Shown one piece after another: positions 1 through 8,740 of a stretch of DNA of 64,000 nt. Source of the DNA: Pseudomonadota bacterium (lineage in GTDB: Bacteria > Pseudomonadota > Gammaproteobacteria > Pseudomonadales > Halomonadaceae); the NCBI GenBank assembly GCA_051751285.1, contig JBNJKT010000010.1, forward strand, positions 20,006 through 84,005, written 5' to 3'. Every line of letters begins with the position of its first letter. Positions within the stretch are counted from its first letter, which is position 1. Under the pieces are notes generated by a model. The model did no database searches and had not been told where the DNA came from. It saw only the letters and a list, made by a program, of their open reading frames with translations. A program made the position numbers and the translations under genes.

Positions 1-2
1 TC

Positions 3-200
3 AAGGCCCAGAGCCATCGTACCCAGGAGCGTAATCGCGCCGAGGCCCTTGCACGGCTCAAGGCGTTGATCAAGAGTGTGATGTATGCTCCGAAGAAGCG
101 CGTCGCCACCCGTCCCAGCAAGGGCGCCAAGCAGCGTCGGCTCGACAGCAAGAAGAAACGCGGCCGGCACAAGGCGTTGCGTGGCAAGGTCGAGACCTGA
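3..200 (+). CDS. arfB: 3' end of alternative ribosome-rescue factor ArfB (YaeJ-type peptidyl-tRNA hydrolase), partial
   Basis: Frame 3 reads ...YAPKKRVATRPSKGAKQRRLDSKKKRGRHKALRGKVET*, the basic C-terminal tail typical of ArfB. The N-terminus lies outside the window. Confidence 0.55.
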   Translation, partial: KAQSHRTQERNRAEALARLKALIKSVMYAPKKRVATRPSKGAKQRRLDSKKKRGRHKALRGKVET

Positions 201-322
201 CGTTGACTGAGAGGTAGTTGTTCGGGTGGCGACGTCTCACTGGGCGTGTATGCTGACAGTCGTGACGACGAAGGCTGGCCATCCTTGGCCGGCGACATCC
301 AACCACGTAGGGGGATACATCG

Positions 323-1519
323 ATGGCGGATACGTCGATGAGTGAGCTTTTCAAGGACAATCGCGTCAAGGGCCTGGCGGCCGTGGCGGTGATTGCCATT
401 ATCTGGGCCCTGGTTGCCCAGTCGAGCGTCAGTTCCAGCAACGAGGCCCGCGATTCGTTGCAGTCGCAATTCGAGAACACCCAGGCCGAGCTCGAGAATG
501 TCCAGGCCGAGAACGAGAGTGTCCGGGCCGAGAATGCTTCCTTGACCGAGCGCGTCGAGGAACTGCGTAGCACCGCCGGTAATGTCGACGACCTGGCAGA
601 GCAGCGCAGCGAGCTCGAGTCGCAACTGCAGGCCGCCGAGGCCGAGCTGCAGAGCACCCAGGACGAGATTGCTGCGGCTCGCACCGAGCAAGAGGAGGCC
701 CAGGCCTCGGTAGAGGCAACTCAGACTGACCTGGAAGCTCGTCAGAGCGAACTCGAAGCCGCCGAGGAGGCCCTCGCAACGACTCAAGAGGAGCGCCAGC
801 AGGCCGCCCAGGCTCGTGACGAGGCTCAAGCTTCGCGTCAGGAAGCAGAGGAGGCTCGCCGTGCCGCCGAGGAGGAGCGCCAGCAAGCCGAGGCGGCTCG
901 CCAAGAGGCCGAGCAGAAGCGTAGCGAGGCGATTGCTGCCCGCGATGAAGCCCGTGCCGAGCTCGAGGGGTTGCAGGAAGAGATCGCCTCGGCCGAGCAG
1001 AATCTGGCCGGCGTCAATGAGGAGATTTCCGCCAGGCAGGAGGAGCGTGATGCCCTCCAGCAGGAGATCAGCGAACTCGAGGCCAGCCGTAACGAGGCAA
1101 GTGAGGCGCTGGAGGCGACCCGCGGTGAGCTGGAAGGGGCCAGATCTGAGCTCGTCCAGGCTCGTGAGACGTTCAAGGACCTCGAACTCGCCATCCAGTT
1201 AGGCCGTGACGAGGTTGCCGAGATCGAGTCTCAGATCGAATCCCGCCAGTCCCAGCTCGAGCGTCTGGAAGGGCAGCTCGATAACTGGCGCAACGAGCTG
1301 TCACGTCTGGAGGAGAGCGTAGAGACCCAGGGCGGTAACAACGCTGCCGGCCAGCAGGAGGCCAGTGTCCAGCAAGATGGCACTAATGCTGCCGCTCAGC
1401 AGCAAGCCGATTCTCAGGAGAGTGGTGCGGATCAGCAGGAGGCCGATGCCCCACAAGAAGGCAATGGGGGTGCCTTGGAGCAACAGGCCGAAGTCATGGA
1501 AGACGGCAATACCGACTGA
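323..1519 (+). CDS. membrane-anchored coiled-coil protein (E/A/Q/R-rich), function unknown
   Basis: 398 aa ORF with an N-terminal hydrophobic helix (GLAAVAVIAIIWALVAQ). About 300 aa of heptad-like E/A/R/Q repeats follow, then an acidic Q/E-rich tail. Overlapping ORFs in other frames are low-complexity artefacts. Confidence 0.7.
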   Translation: MADTSMSELFKDNRVKGLAAVAVIAIIWALVAQSSVSSSNEARDSLQSQFENTQAELENVQAENESVRAENASLTERVEELRSTAGNVDDLAEQRSELESQLQAAEAELQSTQDEIAAARTEQEEAQASVEATQTDLEARQSELEAAEEALATTQEERQQAAQARDEAQASRQEAEEARRAAEEERQQAEAARQEAEQKRSEAIAARDEARAELEGLQEEIASAEQNLAGVNEEISARQEERDALQQEISELEASRNEASEALEATRGELEGARSELVQARETFKDLELAIQLGRDEVAEIESQIESRQSQLERLEGQLDNWRNELSRLEESVETQGGNNAAGQQEASVQQDGTNAAAQQQADSQESGADQQEADAPQEGNGGALEQQAEVMEDGNTD

Positions 1520-1542
1520 CCGTCACAGGACTTTCCATCAGC

Positions 1543-1580
1543 CACGACGGCGAGCCACTGGCTCGCCGTCGTGCGTTTGC
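1543..1580 (+). terminator. hairpin terminator after the coiled-coil gene
   Basis: 13-bp stem CACGACGGCGAGC / GCTCGCCGTCGTG with a 5-nt loop, followed by CGTTTGC (weak T tract). Confidence 0.45.
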
Positions 1581-1666
1581 AGGCATTGCATCGCAGGGCG
1601 ACTGGCCGGGTATACTGATGTTTCTTGCCGCTTGCGTGGCAACCCCAACTGGATAAGGAGCGAGTC

Positions 1667-2470
1667 GTGATCGAAGGGGTCAAGCATATTGTTGCCGTGG
1701 CATCCGGCAAGGGCGGGGTGGGCAAGTCCACCGTGACCGTCAACCTGGCACTGGCCATGGCAGCTGAAGGCTATCGGGTAGGCATCCTGGATGCCGACAT
1801 CTACGGTCCCAGCCAGGCACAGATGCTGGGGGTGGGCGAGGGCGTGCGTCCCCAGTCTGCAGGCGAGAACCGCTTCAAGCCGCTCGAGGCTCACGGCATC
1901 CAGGCCATGTCCATGGCCTTTCTGGTCGACATCCGCGAGCCCATGGTCTGGCGGGGACCCATGGTCGCCGGTGCCTTTCAGCAGATGCTCACCCAGACCG
2001 TCTGGGACAATCTCGACTATCTGTTCATCGACATGCCGCCGGGCACCGGCGACATCCAGTTGACCCTGGCCCAGAAGGTACCGGTGGATGGTGCGGTGAT
2101 TGTCACTACCCCCCAGGACATTGCCCTGCTGGACGCACGCAAGGGTATCGAGATGTTCCGCAAGGTCAATGTGCCGGTGCTGGGGGTCGTGGAGAACATG
2201 AGCCTGCACATCTGCTCCAACTGTGGCCACAGCGAGCCGATCTTCGGCGAAGGTGGAGGCGAGCGTATTGCCCACGAGTACGAGACTCAGGTGCTCGGTC
2301 GTCTGCCGCTGACCCTGTCGATCCGCGAACAGGTGGATGGCGGGCGGCCTACGGTGGTGGCTGAGCCTGAGGGTGAGGTGTCCGCCACCTTCCGCGACAT
2401 GGCGCGCCAGGTGGCCGAGCAGATTCGTGGTCAGGGTACCGAGGGGCCGGAGATCTCCTTCAGCGAGTGA
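1667..2470 (+). CDS. apbC: Mrp/ApbC-type iron-sulfur cluster carrier ATPase
   Basis: Deviant Walker A VASGKGGVGKSTVTVNLA, a DMPPGTGD motif and a CSNCGH cysteine pair. The GTG at 1667 sits 7 nt after AAGGAG, whereas the listed ORF starts at a TTG at 1625. Confidence 0.88.
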   Translation: MIEGVKHIVAVASGKGGVGKSTVTVNLALAMAAEGYRVGILDADIYGPSQAQMLGVGEGVRPQSAGENRFKPLEAHGIQAMSMAFLVDIREPMVWRGPMVAGAFQQMLTQTVWDNLDYLFIDMPPGTGDIQLTLAQKVPVDGAVIVTTPQDIALLDARKGIEMFRKVNVPVLGVVENMSLHICSNCGHSEPIFGEGGGERIAHEYETQVLGRLPLTLSIREQVDGGRPTVVAEPEGEVSATFRDMARQVAEQIRGQGTEGPEISFSE

Positions 2471-2570
2471 TCTGGCGACCCGATGCCTGCCGTGACCTTC
2501 CCTTCCGGGGCCGCTATGATGTGGCCCCGGTTTGTCGCCTGTTTACCCAGTTACAGTTCAGGACGCTTCG

Positions 2571-3137
2571 ATGAGCATCAAATCCGACAAGTGGATACGC
2601 CGCATGGCCGAGCGGGAAGGCATGATCGAGCCCTTCGAACCCGAGCAGGTCCGCTACGAGAATGAGCGGCGGGTGATCTCCTACGGGACGTCCAGTTACG
2701 GCTACGACGTGCGCTGCGCCGACGAGTTCAAGGTATTCACCAATATCCACTCGGCGGTAGTGGATCCCAAGGGTTTCGACGAGAAGAGCTTTGTCGACAT
2801 CAAGGGCGATGTCTGCGTGATCCCCCCCAACTCCTTTGCTCTGGCGCGCACCGTGGAGTACTTCCGTATCCCGCGCAGCGTGCTGACCATCTGCCTGGGC
2901 AAGTCCACCTATGCGCGGTGCGGCATCATCGTCAACGTCACGCCCCTGGAACCCGAATGGGAAGGGCATGTGACCCTGGAGTTCTCCAACACCACCAACC
3001 TCCCGGCGCGCATCTACGCCAACGAGGGGGTGGCGCAGATGCTGTTCCTGGAATCCGACGAGATCTGCGAGACGTCCTACAAGGACCGCGGTGGCAAGTA
3101 CATGGGGCAGCGGGGGGTCACCCTGCCGCGGACGTGA
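2571..3137 (+). CDS. dcd: dCTP deaminase
   Basis: [28 protein letters not shown]..., with full-length resemblance to Dcd. The ATG at 2571 is preferred over the upstream ORF start. Confidence 0.93.
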   Translation: MSIKSDKWIRRMAEREGMIEPFEPEQVRYENERRVISYGTSSYGYDVRCADEFKVFTNIHSAVVDPKGFDEKSFVDIKGDVCVIPPNSFALARTVEYFRIPRSVLTICLGKSTYARCGIIVNVTPLEPEWEGHVTLEFSNTTNLPARIYANEGVAQMLFLESDEICETSYKDRGGKYMGQRGVTLPRT

Positions 3138-3164
3138 TCAAGTTGGAGAAATACGCCATGTACC

Positions 3165-3239
3165 TGTAGGAGCCTTGCTTGCAAGGCGAAAAGCGGCGTC
3201 TTCCGGCGCACTCATCGCGCTGCAAGCAGAGCTCCTACA
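3165..3239. repeat. REP-like inverted pair (TGTAGGAGC..GCTTGC family)
   Basis: TGTAGGAGCCTTGCTTGCAAGG ... GCTGCAAGCAGAGCTCCTACA in inverted orientation. The same family occurs at 31168-31338 and 41565-41684. Confidence 0.6.
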
Positions 3240-3281
3240 CGGCGAATTCCGAGACCACTTTATGCGCTCGGCGCTTAAAGC

Positions 3282-4013
3282 TTATTCCTCGTCCACTTCC
3301 TCGGCGGCATCCTGGTGCGAGAGCCGCATGCCGGTCGGTGGTAGGGCAACGCCGTCGATGGTGGCGCTGTCGCCCTTGAGCTGCAGGCGCCCCTCCAGGA
3401 ACCAGCGCACGGCGATTGGGTAGATAAGGTGCTCCCGGGCCTGCACTTTCGCCTGGAGGCTGTCTTCCGTGTCGTCCTCGGTGACGGCCACCTCGGCCTG
3501 CAGAGCGACGGGCCCACCATCCAGTTCCTCGGTGACGAAGTGCACACTGCAGCCATGCAGGGCTACCCCATCGGCCAGGGCGCGGGCATGGGTATGCAGT
3601 CCGGGATAGTCCGGCAGCAACGACGGGTGGATGTTGAGCATGCGCCCCAGGAAACGGTTGACGAAGCGCGGCGTGAGAATGCGCATGAAGCCGGCCAGCA
3701 CGATCAGATCGGGTTCGTGCCGCTCGATGACCTTGATCAGGGCGCCATCGTAGGCGTCGCGGCTGTCGTACTCGCGATGCGGCAGGGCCACGGCATCGAT
3801 GCTCGCGTCCCGGGCACGCTTGAGTCCGTAGGCATCCGCTTGATTGGAGATCACCGCGACGATCTCGCCGCCCAGGGCGTCATGACGCTGGGCGTCGATC
3901 AGCGCCTGCAGGTTGCTGCCGCTGCCGGAGATCAGCACCACCACCCGGCGCGTCTCGCTGGGCTCGGGAGTGAAGGCGTTCAGGGTGTCGCTCTGATAGT
4001 CGGTGACGCTCAT
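3282..4013 (-). CDS. purN: phosphoribosylglycinamide formyltransferase
   Basis: VVVLISGSGSNLQALIDA and NIHPSLLP motifs; 243 aa. Confidence 0.93.
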   Translation of the reverse strand: MSVTDYQSDTLNAFTPEPSETRRVVVLISGSGSNLQALIDAQRHDALGGEIVAVISNQADAYGLKRARDASIDAVALPHREYDSRDAYDGALIKVIERHEPDLIVLAGFMRILTPRFVNRFLGRMLNIHPSLLPDYPGLHTHARALADGVALHGCSVHFVTEELDGGPVALQAEVAVTEDDTEDSLQAKVQAREHLIYPIAVRWFLEGRLQLKGDSATIDGVALPPTGMRLSHQDAAEEVDEE

Positions 4014-4079
4014 CAGATTTGCGCGGGATACCCGGTACTTTTAGTGCCGGGAGGGATAGCGCGTCGCCCGCAGGGCGAC

Positions 4080-5450
4080 CTATGGCACCGCTCGTCCCGC
4101 TCCTCCTTTTACGTGGGTGGATGGTGTCTGATGATAGCCGTAGCCATCACCGCGTTGAATCAGGATGCAGTGGCGGTATGAGATACCCTGCACGGCCCCT
4201 TCGGGGGTCTGGATGTTGAAACTGCCCGTCTTGCGCACGGCTACACGGCCCGTATGCGTACCGGCCTTCTTGCCGGTGGGCACGATGGCTCGCACCATGT
4301 CGCCGGTCTGGAATCCCTTTACCTGCTTCTGGCGCGTCAGGTAGCCACGCGGAAAGCCGTGCCGGGTGAGACGGGTGCGCTGGTAGCTGCCACGCCCCAT
4401 GGCCTTGATGATCAGCGCGGGGCGACTTGCATCGTAGAGCCGGTCGAACGGGCCGACGCAGGCGGCATCCAGGGCATGGGTTTTCGGGAGGTCAAGTCGC
4501 TGGCGGTTGTACTTGGTCAGGCCGCCGCTACCCACGCTGACAGGCAATTCAGTCGCCTTAAGTGCCTGGAACAGTGCCCAGCGCGTGGTGTTGACGGCGG
4601 TGGCATCGCGTAGCGGCTGCTTGAGCTGGCGCTGTATGCGTTCCCGCCGGGCCTCCGCCGCCAGGCCATTGGCCTTGAGGCGCTTCTTGAGTCCGCTGTC
4701 CTGGCGGAAGAAGGCGTCCAGTGAGTTGTTGTCCTTGGCCTGGTTGCAGGTGTGGCAACTTAGCGTCAGGTTGCTGATGCAGTTCGAGCCACCACGCGAG
4801 CGCGGCAGTACATGCTCCACTTCCAGCGGCGTGTCCTTGTCGCCGCAGTAGGCACACTCGCGGCCCCATTTCGCCAGCAGGTACTCGCGGACCTCGTAGC
4901 CCAGAAGCGTGCCTTGCTGGTATTCGACGTCGGAGATGTCGGGATTGTCGAGCTTCTGGGTATCAAAGCGCACCAGCTCCTGGCTGACGGCGGTGATCGG
5001 CGTCAGGCGGGTCAGCCGGTTGACCCAGGCCAGGACGGTATCGATGCGGTGTTGGAGGCTTGGCGCCAGCCAGCCGTCGCGTCGCGTGCGATTGTCGAAG
5101 CGCGGCGCCCGGTAGCGCAGGTTCTGGCTGCGCCGCCGGCGGCGAAACGCCCGGCGCTGATCCAGCGCCTGGCGGATCTGGAGGCCGCGATGCATCAGCT
5201 CGAACAGGCACAGGATATGGCGCTGGCCATCGTCGCTTTCGCGCATCAGTGCCAGCCCGGTGGTGCGACTGCCGGGATCGAGGCCCAGGCGCAGTGGCTG
5301 TCTCTCGCCACCCGCCCGATGCTTGAGCCGGATCGTGAACGGGTAGCGGCGATGCACCACCGCACGGCCTCGCTGAAGCAGCAGCCTTGCGCGCTTTTCG
5401 CTGCAAGGCATCAACGGCTGCTTCTGTTTGTCCAGTACGAAAACCGCCAT
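4080..5450 (-). CDS. iscB: IscB-type RNA-guided nuclease (RRXRR/HNH/split RuvC)
   Basis: Domain order read from the translation: PLMP (KQKQPLMPC), RuvC-I (LGLDPGSRTTGLAL) and an Arg-rich bridge helix (RRAFRRRRRSQNLRYRAPRFDNR). Then RuvC-II (VSQELVRFD), HNH (CAYCG..EVEHVLPRSRGG..NLTLSCHTCNQAKDN) and RuvC-III (KTHALDAACVG). The C-terminus has a TID-like segment (GFQTGDMVRAIV..GRVAVRKTGSFNI). The ATG at 5450 lies 7 nt after a GGAG Shine-Dalgarno sequence. Confidence 0.88.
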   Translation of the reverse strand: MAVFVLDKQKQPLMPCSEKRARLLLQRGRAVVHRRYPFTIRLKHRAGGERQPLRLGLDPGSRTTGLALMRESDDGQRHILCLFELMHRGLQIRQALDQRRAFRRRRRSQNLRYRAPRFDNRTRRDGWLAPSLQHRIDTVLAWVNRLTRLTPITAVSQELVRFDTQKLDNPDISDVEYQQGTLLGYEVREYLLAKWGRECAYCGDKDTPLEVEHVLPRSRGGSNCISNLTLSCHTCNQAKDNNSLDAFFRQDSGLKKRLKANGLAAEARRERIQRQLKQPLRDATAVNTTRWALFQALKATELPVSVGSGGLTKYNRQRLDLPKTHALDAACVGPFDRLYDASRPALIIKAMGRGSYQRTRLTRHGFPRGYLTRQKQVKGFQTGDMVRAIVPTGKKAGTHTGRVAVRKTGSFNIQTPEGAVQGISYRHCILIQRGDGYGYHQTPSTHVKGGAGRAVP

Positions 5451-5733
5451 GGCGATCTCCTTCGTGTTAGCGCCCTTACGGGCCTGGTGACGCGGATCGT
5501 TCGATCCGTCTCCCCTCGGGAATGTCGGCAACCGGCTCCTGCGTTTGTGCAGCGATCAGAACCTTCGGCGTTTTACCTTGCGCCCGAGGCGGCATACCGC
5601 AGCATGATCCTGACCTTCCAGTGCCCACCGCTGAGGAAGCACGGTGGGGTGGGTCTTGGCGACCTGTTGCCAACTTAGCGGGCAAATGCCGCTCTCCCTG
5701 GTCAACCCAGCTTGCTTTAACAAGCTCCCGCCT
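5451..5733 (-). ncRNA. candidate omegaRNA (guide + scaffold) of the IscB element
   Basis: Non-coding, directly 5' of iscB on the same strand and dense in hairpins on the minus strand. Examples: CCCACCG-N11-CGGTGGG, GACGGATCG-AA-CGATCCGCGTC, GCCC-GTAA-GGGC (GNRA loop), AGCTTG-TTAAAG-CAAGCT and AGCGG-N7-CCGCT. Position and size match known IscB omegaRNAs. Confidence 0.5.
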
Positions 5734-6822
5734 TCAGGTGGGGGTAGTTGACGCCTTGAGGTTCTCCAGCTGGACCTGCTCATCGGCATTGCCCCGTGCG
5801 GTGATTTCACCGATGCGGTGAACCGTCTCGCCGAGGGCTTGCAGATGGGCACGGGCTTGATCGGCCTTTTCCGCCGGGACGACGATGACCATACCGATGC
5901 CGCAGTTGAGTACGCGGTGCATCTCCCTCTCATCGACGTTGCCCCGCGTCTGGAGCCAGTCGAACACCGCCGGGCGCGTCCAGCTGGACGTATCGATGCG
6001 CGCCGCCAGAGTCTCGGGTAGTACACGGGGGAGGTTCTCGAGCAGGCCGCCCCCGGTGATGTGCGAGAGAGCATGCACCGGGATGTCGGTCTCCTTGAGC
6101 AACGACAGCAGCGGCTTGACGTAAATTCGCGTGGGCGCGAGCAGGGCCTCGCCGAGCGACCGGCCGTCGATGGCGGTATCCAGCGCCGACTCGCTGACCT
6201 CAAGGATCTTGCGGATCAGCGAGTAGCCGTTAGAGTGGGGGCCGGAGGATGCCATGCCCAGCAGTACGTCACCCTCGCCGACCTGCTTGCCGTCGAGGAT
6301 CTTCGATTTTTCCACCACGCCAACGCAGAAGCCGGCGAGGTCATAGTCGCTGCCCTCGTACATGCCAGGCATCTCGGCCGTCTCGCCGCCCACCAGGGCG
6401 CAGCCGGCCCGCTCGCAGCCCTCACCGATACCGGTCACCACATCGGCGGCGATATCCACGTCCAGCTTGCCCGTGGCATAGTAGTCAAGGAAGAACAGTG
6501 GTTCCGCCCCGGCCACCACCAGATCGTTGACGCACATGGCCACCAGGTCGATGCCGATGGTGTCATGGCGGCCCAGGTCCATGGCCAGGCGCAGCTTGGT
6601 GCCGACGCCGTCGGTGCCGGAGACCAGCACGGGCTCCCGGTAGCCGGCCGGCAGTTCGCACAGCGCGCCGAAACCGCCCAGCCCGCCCATGACCTCGGGG
6701 CGGGATGTGCGTTTGGCGACGCCCTTGATGCGATCGACCAGGGCATTGCCGGCATCGATGTCGACGCCGGCATCCTTGTAACTGAGCGACGCCCCGCTAG
6801 GGCGATGGGTGGAATCGGTCAT
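5734..6822 (-). CDS. purM: phosphoribosylformylglycinamidine cyclo-ligase (AIR synthetase)
   Basis: [22 protein letters not shown]..., 362 aa. Confidence 0.95.
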   Translation of the reverse strand: MTDSTHRPSGASLSYKDAGVDIDAGNALVDRIKGVAKRTSRPEVMGGLGGFGALCELPAGYREPVLVSGTDGVGTKLRLAMDLGRHDTIGIDLVAMCVNDLVVAGAEPLFFLDYYATGKLDVDIAADVVTGIGEGCERAGCALVGGETAEMPGMYEGSDYDLAGFCVGVVEKSKILDGKQVGEGDVLLGMASSGPHSNGYSLIRKILEVSESALDTAIDGRSLGEALLAPTRIYVKPLLSLLKETDIPVHALSHITGGGLLENLPRVLPETLAARIDTSSWTRPAVFDWLQTRGNVDEREMHRVLNCGIGMVIVVPAEKADQARAHLQALGETVHRIGEITARGNADEQVQLENLKASTTPT

Positions 6823-6947
6823 GACGCTTCCTGTATGAAATGGCGGTCGCAGGACGACGCGCAGCGGTCAGATTGGGGCAGAGAATTGTAGCATCACGGC
6901 GCGCAGCTGGCAGCCGGTCCAGCCACGCCGCACACAGGGAGGAGACG

Positions 6948-8027
6948 ATGCACAGGCAGTGGTGGGTGGTGGCCGCAGTCGCGGCGATAGGGTTGTGGTT
7001 CGTGATCAGTATCGAGCCGGTGCTGATGCCTTTCTTCGTCAGCATGATCCTGGCCTATCTGGGCGATCCCCTGGCCGACCGCCTCGAGGCTCGCGGCCTC
7101 TCGCGTCGCCTTGCGGTTTCGCTGGTATTCCTGCTGCTTTCGCTTGCTATCGTGCTCACCTTGCTGTTGGTGGTGCCGATACTGGGCCGACAGCTTGGCC
7201 AGCTGATCGAATCGCTGCCGGCGGTGCTCAACTGGCTCCAGCAGACGGTGGTGCCACATATTCAGGCACTGACAGGCATGGACCTCTCCACCGATATCGA
7301 CCAGATGCGTCAGGCGATCGTCGACAACTGGAAGGAGACCGGGACCTTCGCCGCCACTGTGCTGGCGCAGGCCTCGCGTTCCGGCCTGGCGCTGGTCGCC
7401 TGGATCGGCAACCTGGCGCTGATCCCCGTGGTCACCTTCTACCTGCTGCTGGACTGGGACGTTCTGGTCGCTAAGCTGCGCGGCTTGCTCCCGCGCAGCT
7501 GGGAGCCGGCGGCGGCTCGCCTTGCCGGTGAATGTGACGAGGTGCTGTCCGCCTTCCTGCGCGGCCAGCTGATCGTCATGCTTTGCCTCGGCGTGATCTA
7601 TGCGGTGGGGTTGACCCTGCTCGGCGTACGTTTCGGCCTGCTGATCGGCCTGCTCGCGGGGCTGGCCAGTATCGTCCCCTACCTCGGGGTGATCGTGGGG
7701 ATCTCGGTGGCCGGGGTAGTGGCGTTCTTCCAGTTCGGCGACTGGTTGATACTGCTCGGCGTCGCGGGGGTGTTCGGTTTCGGTCAGCTGGTGGAGAGCG
7801 TGGTGCTGCAGCCCAAGTTGCTTGGTGACAAGATCGGTCTGCATCCGGTGGCCGTGATCTTTGCCGTGCTGGCCGGAGGACAGCTGTTCGGATTCACCGG
7901 GGTGTTGCTGGCGCTGCCCGTGGCCGCCGTGCTGATGGTAGTGTTGCGTTATCTCTTCGAGCACTACAAGAACAGCACCTTGTATGACGCCGGACGTGAA
8001 CGTGGCCACGACGAGGAGTCGCCATGA
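6948..8027 (+). CDS. AI-2E family (PerM-like) transporter
   Basis: Polytopic membrane protein. The ATG at 6948 is preceded by AGGGAGGAG. The position upstream of hda matches Pseudomonas-type synteny. Confidence 0.85.
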   Translation: MHRQWWVVAAVAAIGLWFVISIEPVLMPFFVSMILAYLGDPLADRLEARGLSRRLAVSLVFLLLSLAIVLTLLLVVPILGRQLGQLIESLPAVLNWLQQTVVPHIQALTGMDLSTDIDQMRQAIVDNWKETGTFAATVLAQASRSGLALVAWIGNLALIPVVTFYLLLDWDVLVAKLRGLLPRSWEPAAARLAGECDEVLSAFLRGQLIVMLCLGVIYAVGLTLLGVRFGLLIGLLAGLASIVPYLGVIVGISVAGVVAFFQFGDWLILLGVAGVFGFGQLVESVVLQPKLLGDKIGLHPVAVIFAVLAGGQLFGFTGVLLALPVAAVLMVVLRYLFEHYKNSTLYDAGRERGHDEESP

Positions 8028-8725
8028 GCCGAATACCCACGCAGTTGCCGCTGGGCGTGGGGTTACGCGACGATGCCACCTTCGGCAATTTCTACCCCGG
8101 GCCCAATGCCACCCTGGTCGACCGGTTGGTTCATCAACTCGACGACGACGGTGAACCCTTTCTCTATGTATGGGGGGCCTCCGGCACCGGGCGCAGCCAC
8201 CTTCTGCAGGCCGCTTGTCACGAGGCCTCCGATCGCGACTGTCGGGCGCTTTACCTGCCGTTGTCTGAACTCGGCCACTTCCCGCCGCTGATGCTCGAGG
8301 AGATCGAGCGCCTGGATCTGGTGGCAATCGATGACCTCGACCAGGTGGCGGGGCGCAAGCGCTGGGAGGAGGCGTTGTTCCACGCCTTCAACCGCCTGCG
8401 CGATGCCGGCAAGCGCCTGCTGATCGCTGCCGAGGCACCGCCACGCCAGCTACCCATAAAGCTGCCCGACCTGGCCTCGCGCCTCACCTGGGGCATGACC
8501 TTCCAGCTGCAGGGGCCCGATGATGCCGGTCGCCTGGCCGCGCTTCAACTGCGGGCTCGGAGACGTGGCATGCAATTGCCCGACGAGGTGGCCCGCTACA
8601 TACTGCATCGCGGGCCGCGCCGCCTGGACGCGCTTTTCGACACCCTGGCGGTTCTGGATCGGGCCTCGCTATCGGCCCAGCGCAAGCTGACCATTCCCTT
8701 CGTCAAGCAGGCGCTAGGCTGGTGA
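8024..8725 (+). CDS. hda: DnaA regulatory inactivator Hda
   Basis: MSRIPTQLPLGVGLRDDATFGNFYPGPN.., a Walker-like GASGTGRSHLL motif, 233 aa, and a 4-nt overlap with the upstream gene. Confidence 0.9.
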   Translation: MSRIPTQLPLGVGLRDDATFGNFYPGPNATLVDRLVHQLDDDGEPFLYVWGASGTGRSHLLQAACHEASDRDCRALYLPLSELGHFPPLMLEEIERLDLVAIDDLDQVAGRKRWEEALFHAFNRLRDAGKRLLIAAEAPPRQLPIKLPDLASRLTWGMTFQLQGPDDAGRLAALQLRARRRGMQLPDEVARYILHRGPRRLDALFDTLAVLDRASLSAQRKLTIPFVKQALGW

Positions 8726-8740
8726 GCGCATCACTCTTTG

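Larger units (their letters stand above)
4014..5733 (-). mobile_element. IscB/omegaRNA (OMEGA, IS200/IS605-related) insertion without a transposase, between purM and purN
   Basis: The entire purM stop to purN start interval (1720 nt) is occupied by an iscB ORF, a 283-nt structured upstream region and a 66-nt hairpin-bearing downstream region. The exact ends are not determinable from this window alone. Confidence 0.65.

Noticed and set aside
4812-5678. 288-aa ORF on the plus strand (plus 4963-5406 minus-strand and other ORFs) overlapping iscB and the omegaRNA region
   Set aside because: They are antisense or out of frame relative to a gene with strong domain evidence. Their composition is Arg/Ala/Gly/Pro-rich, typical of spurious ORFs in high-GC DNA, and they carry no recognisable motifs.
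4014-5733. Possibility that the HNH/RuvC protein is a miniature Cas9 of a CRISPR locus
   Set aside because: No direct-repeat array, tracrRNA-like anti-repeat, cas1, cas2 or cas4 occurs anywhere in the 64 kb. The PLMP N-terminus and ~456-aa size fit IscB, not Cas9.
6894-8327. 477-aa minus-strand ORF across the AI-2E transporter and hda
   Set aside because: It is antisense to two well-supported genes and has a His/Gln/Arg/Pro-rich low-complexity translation.
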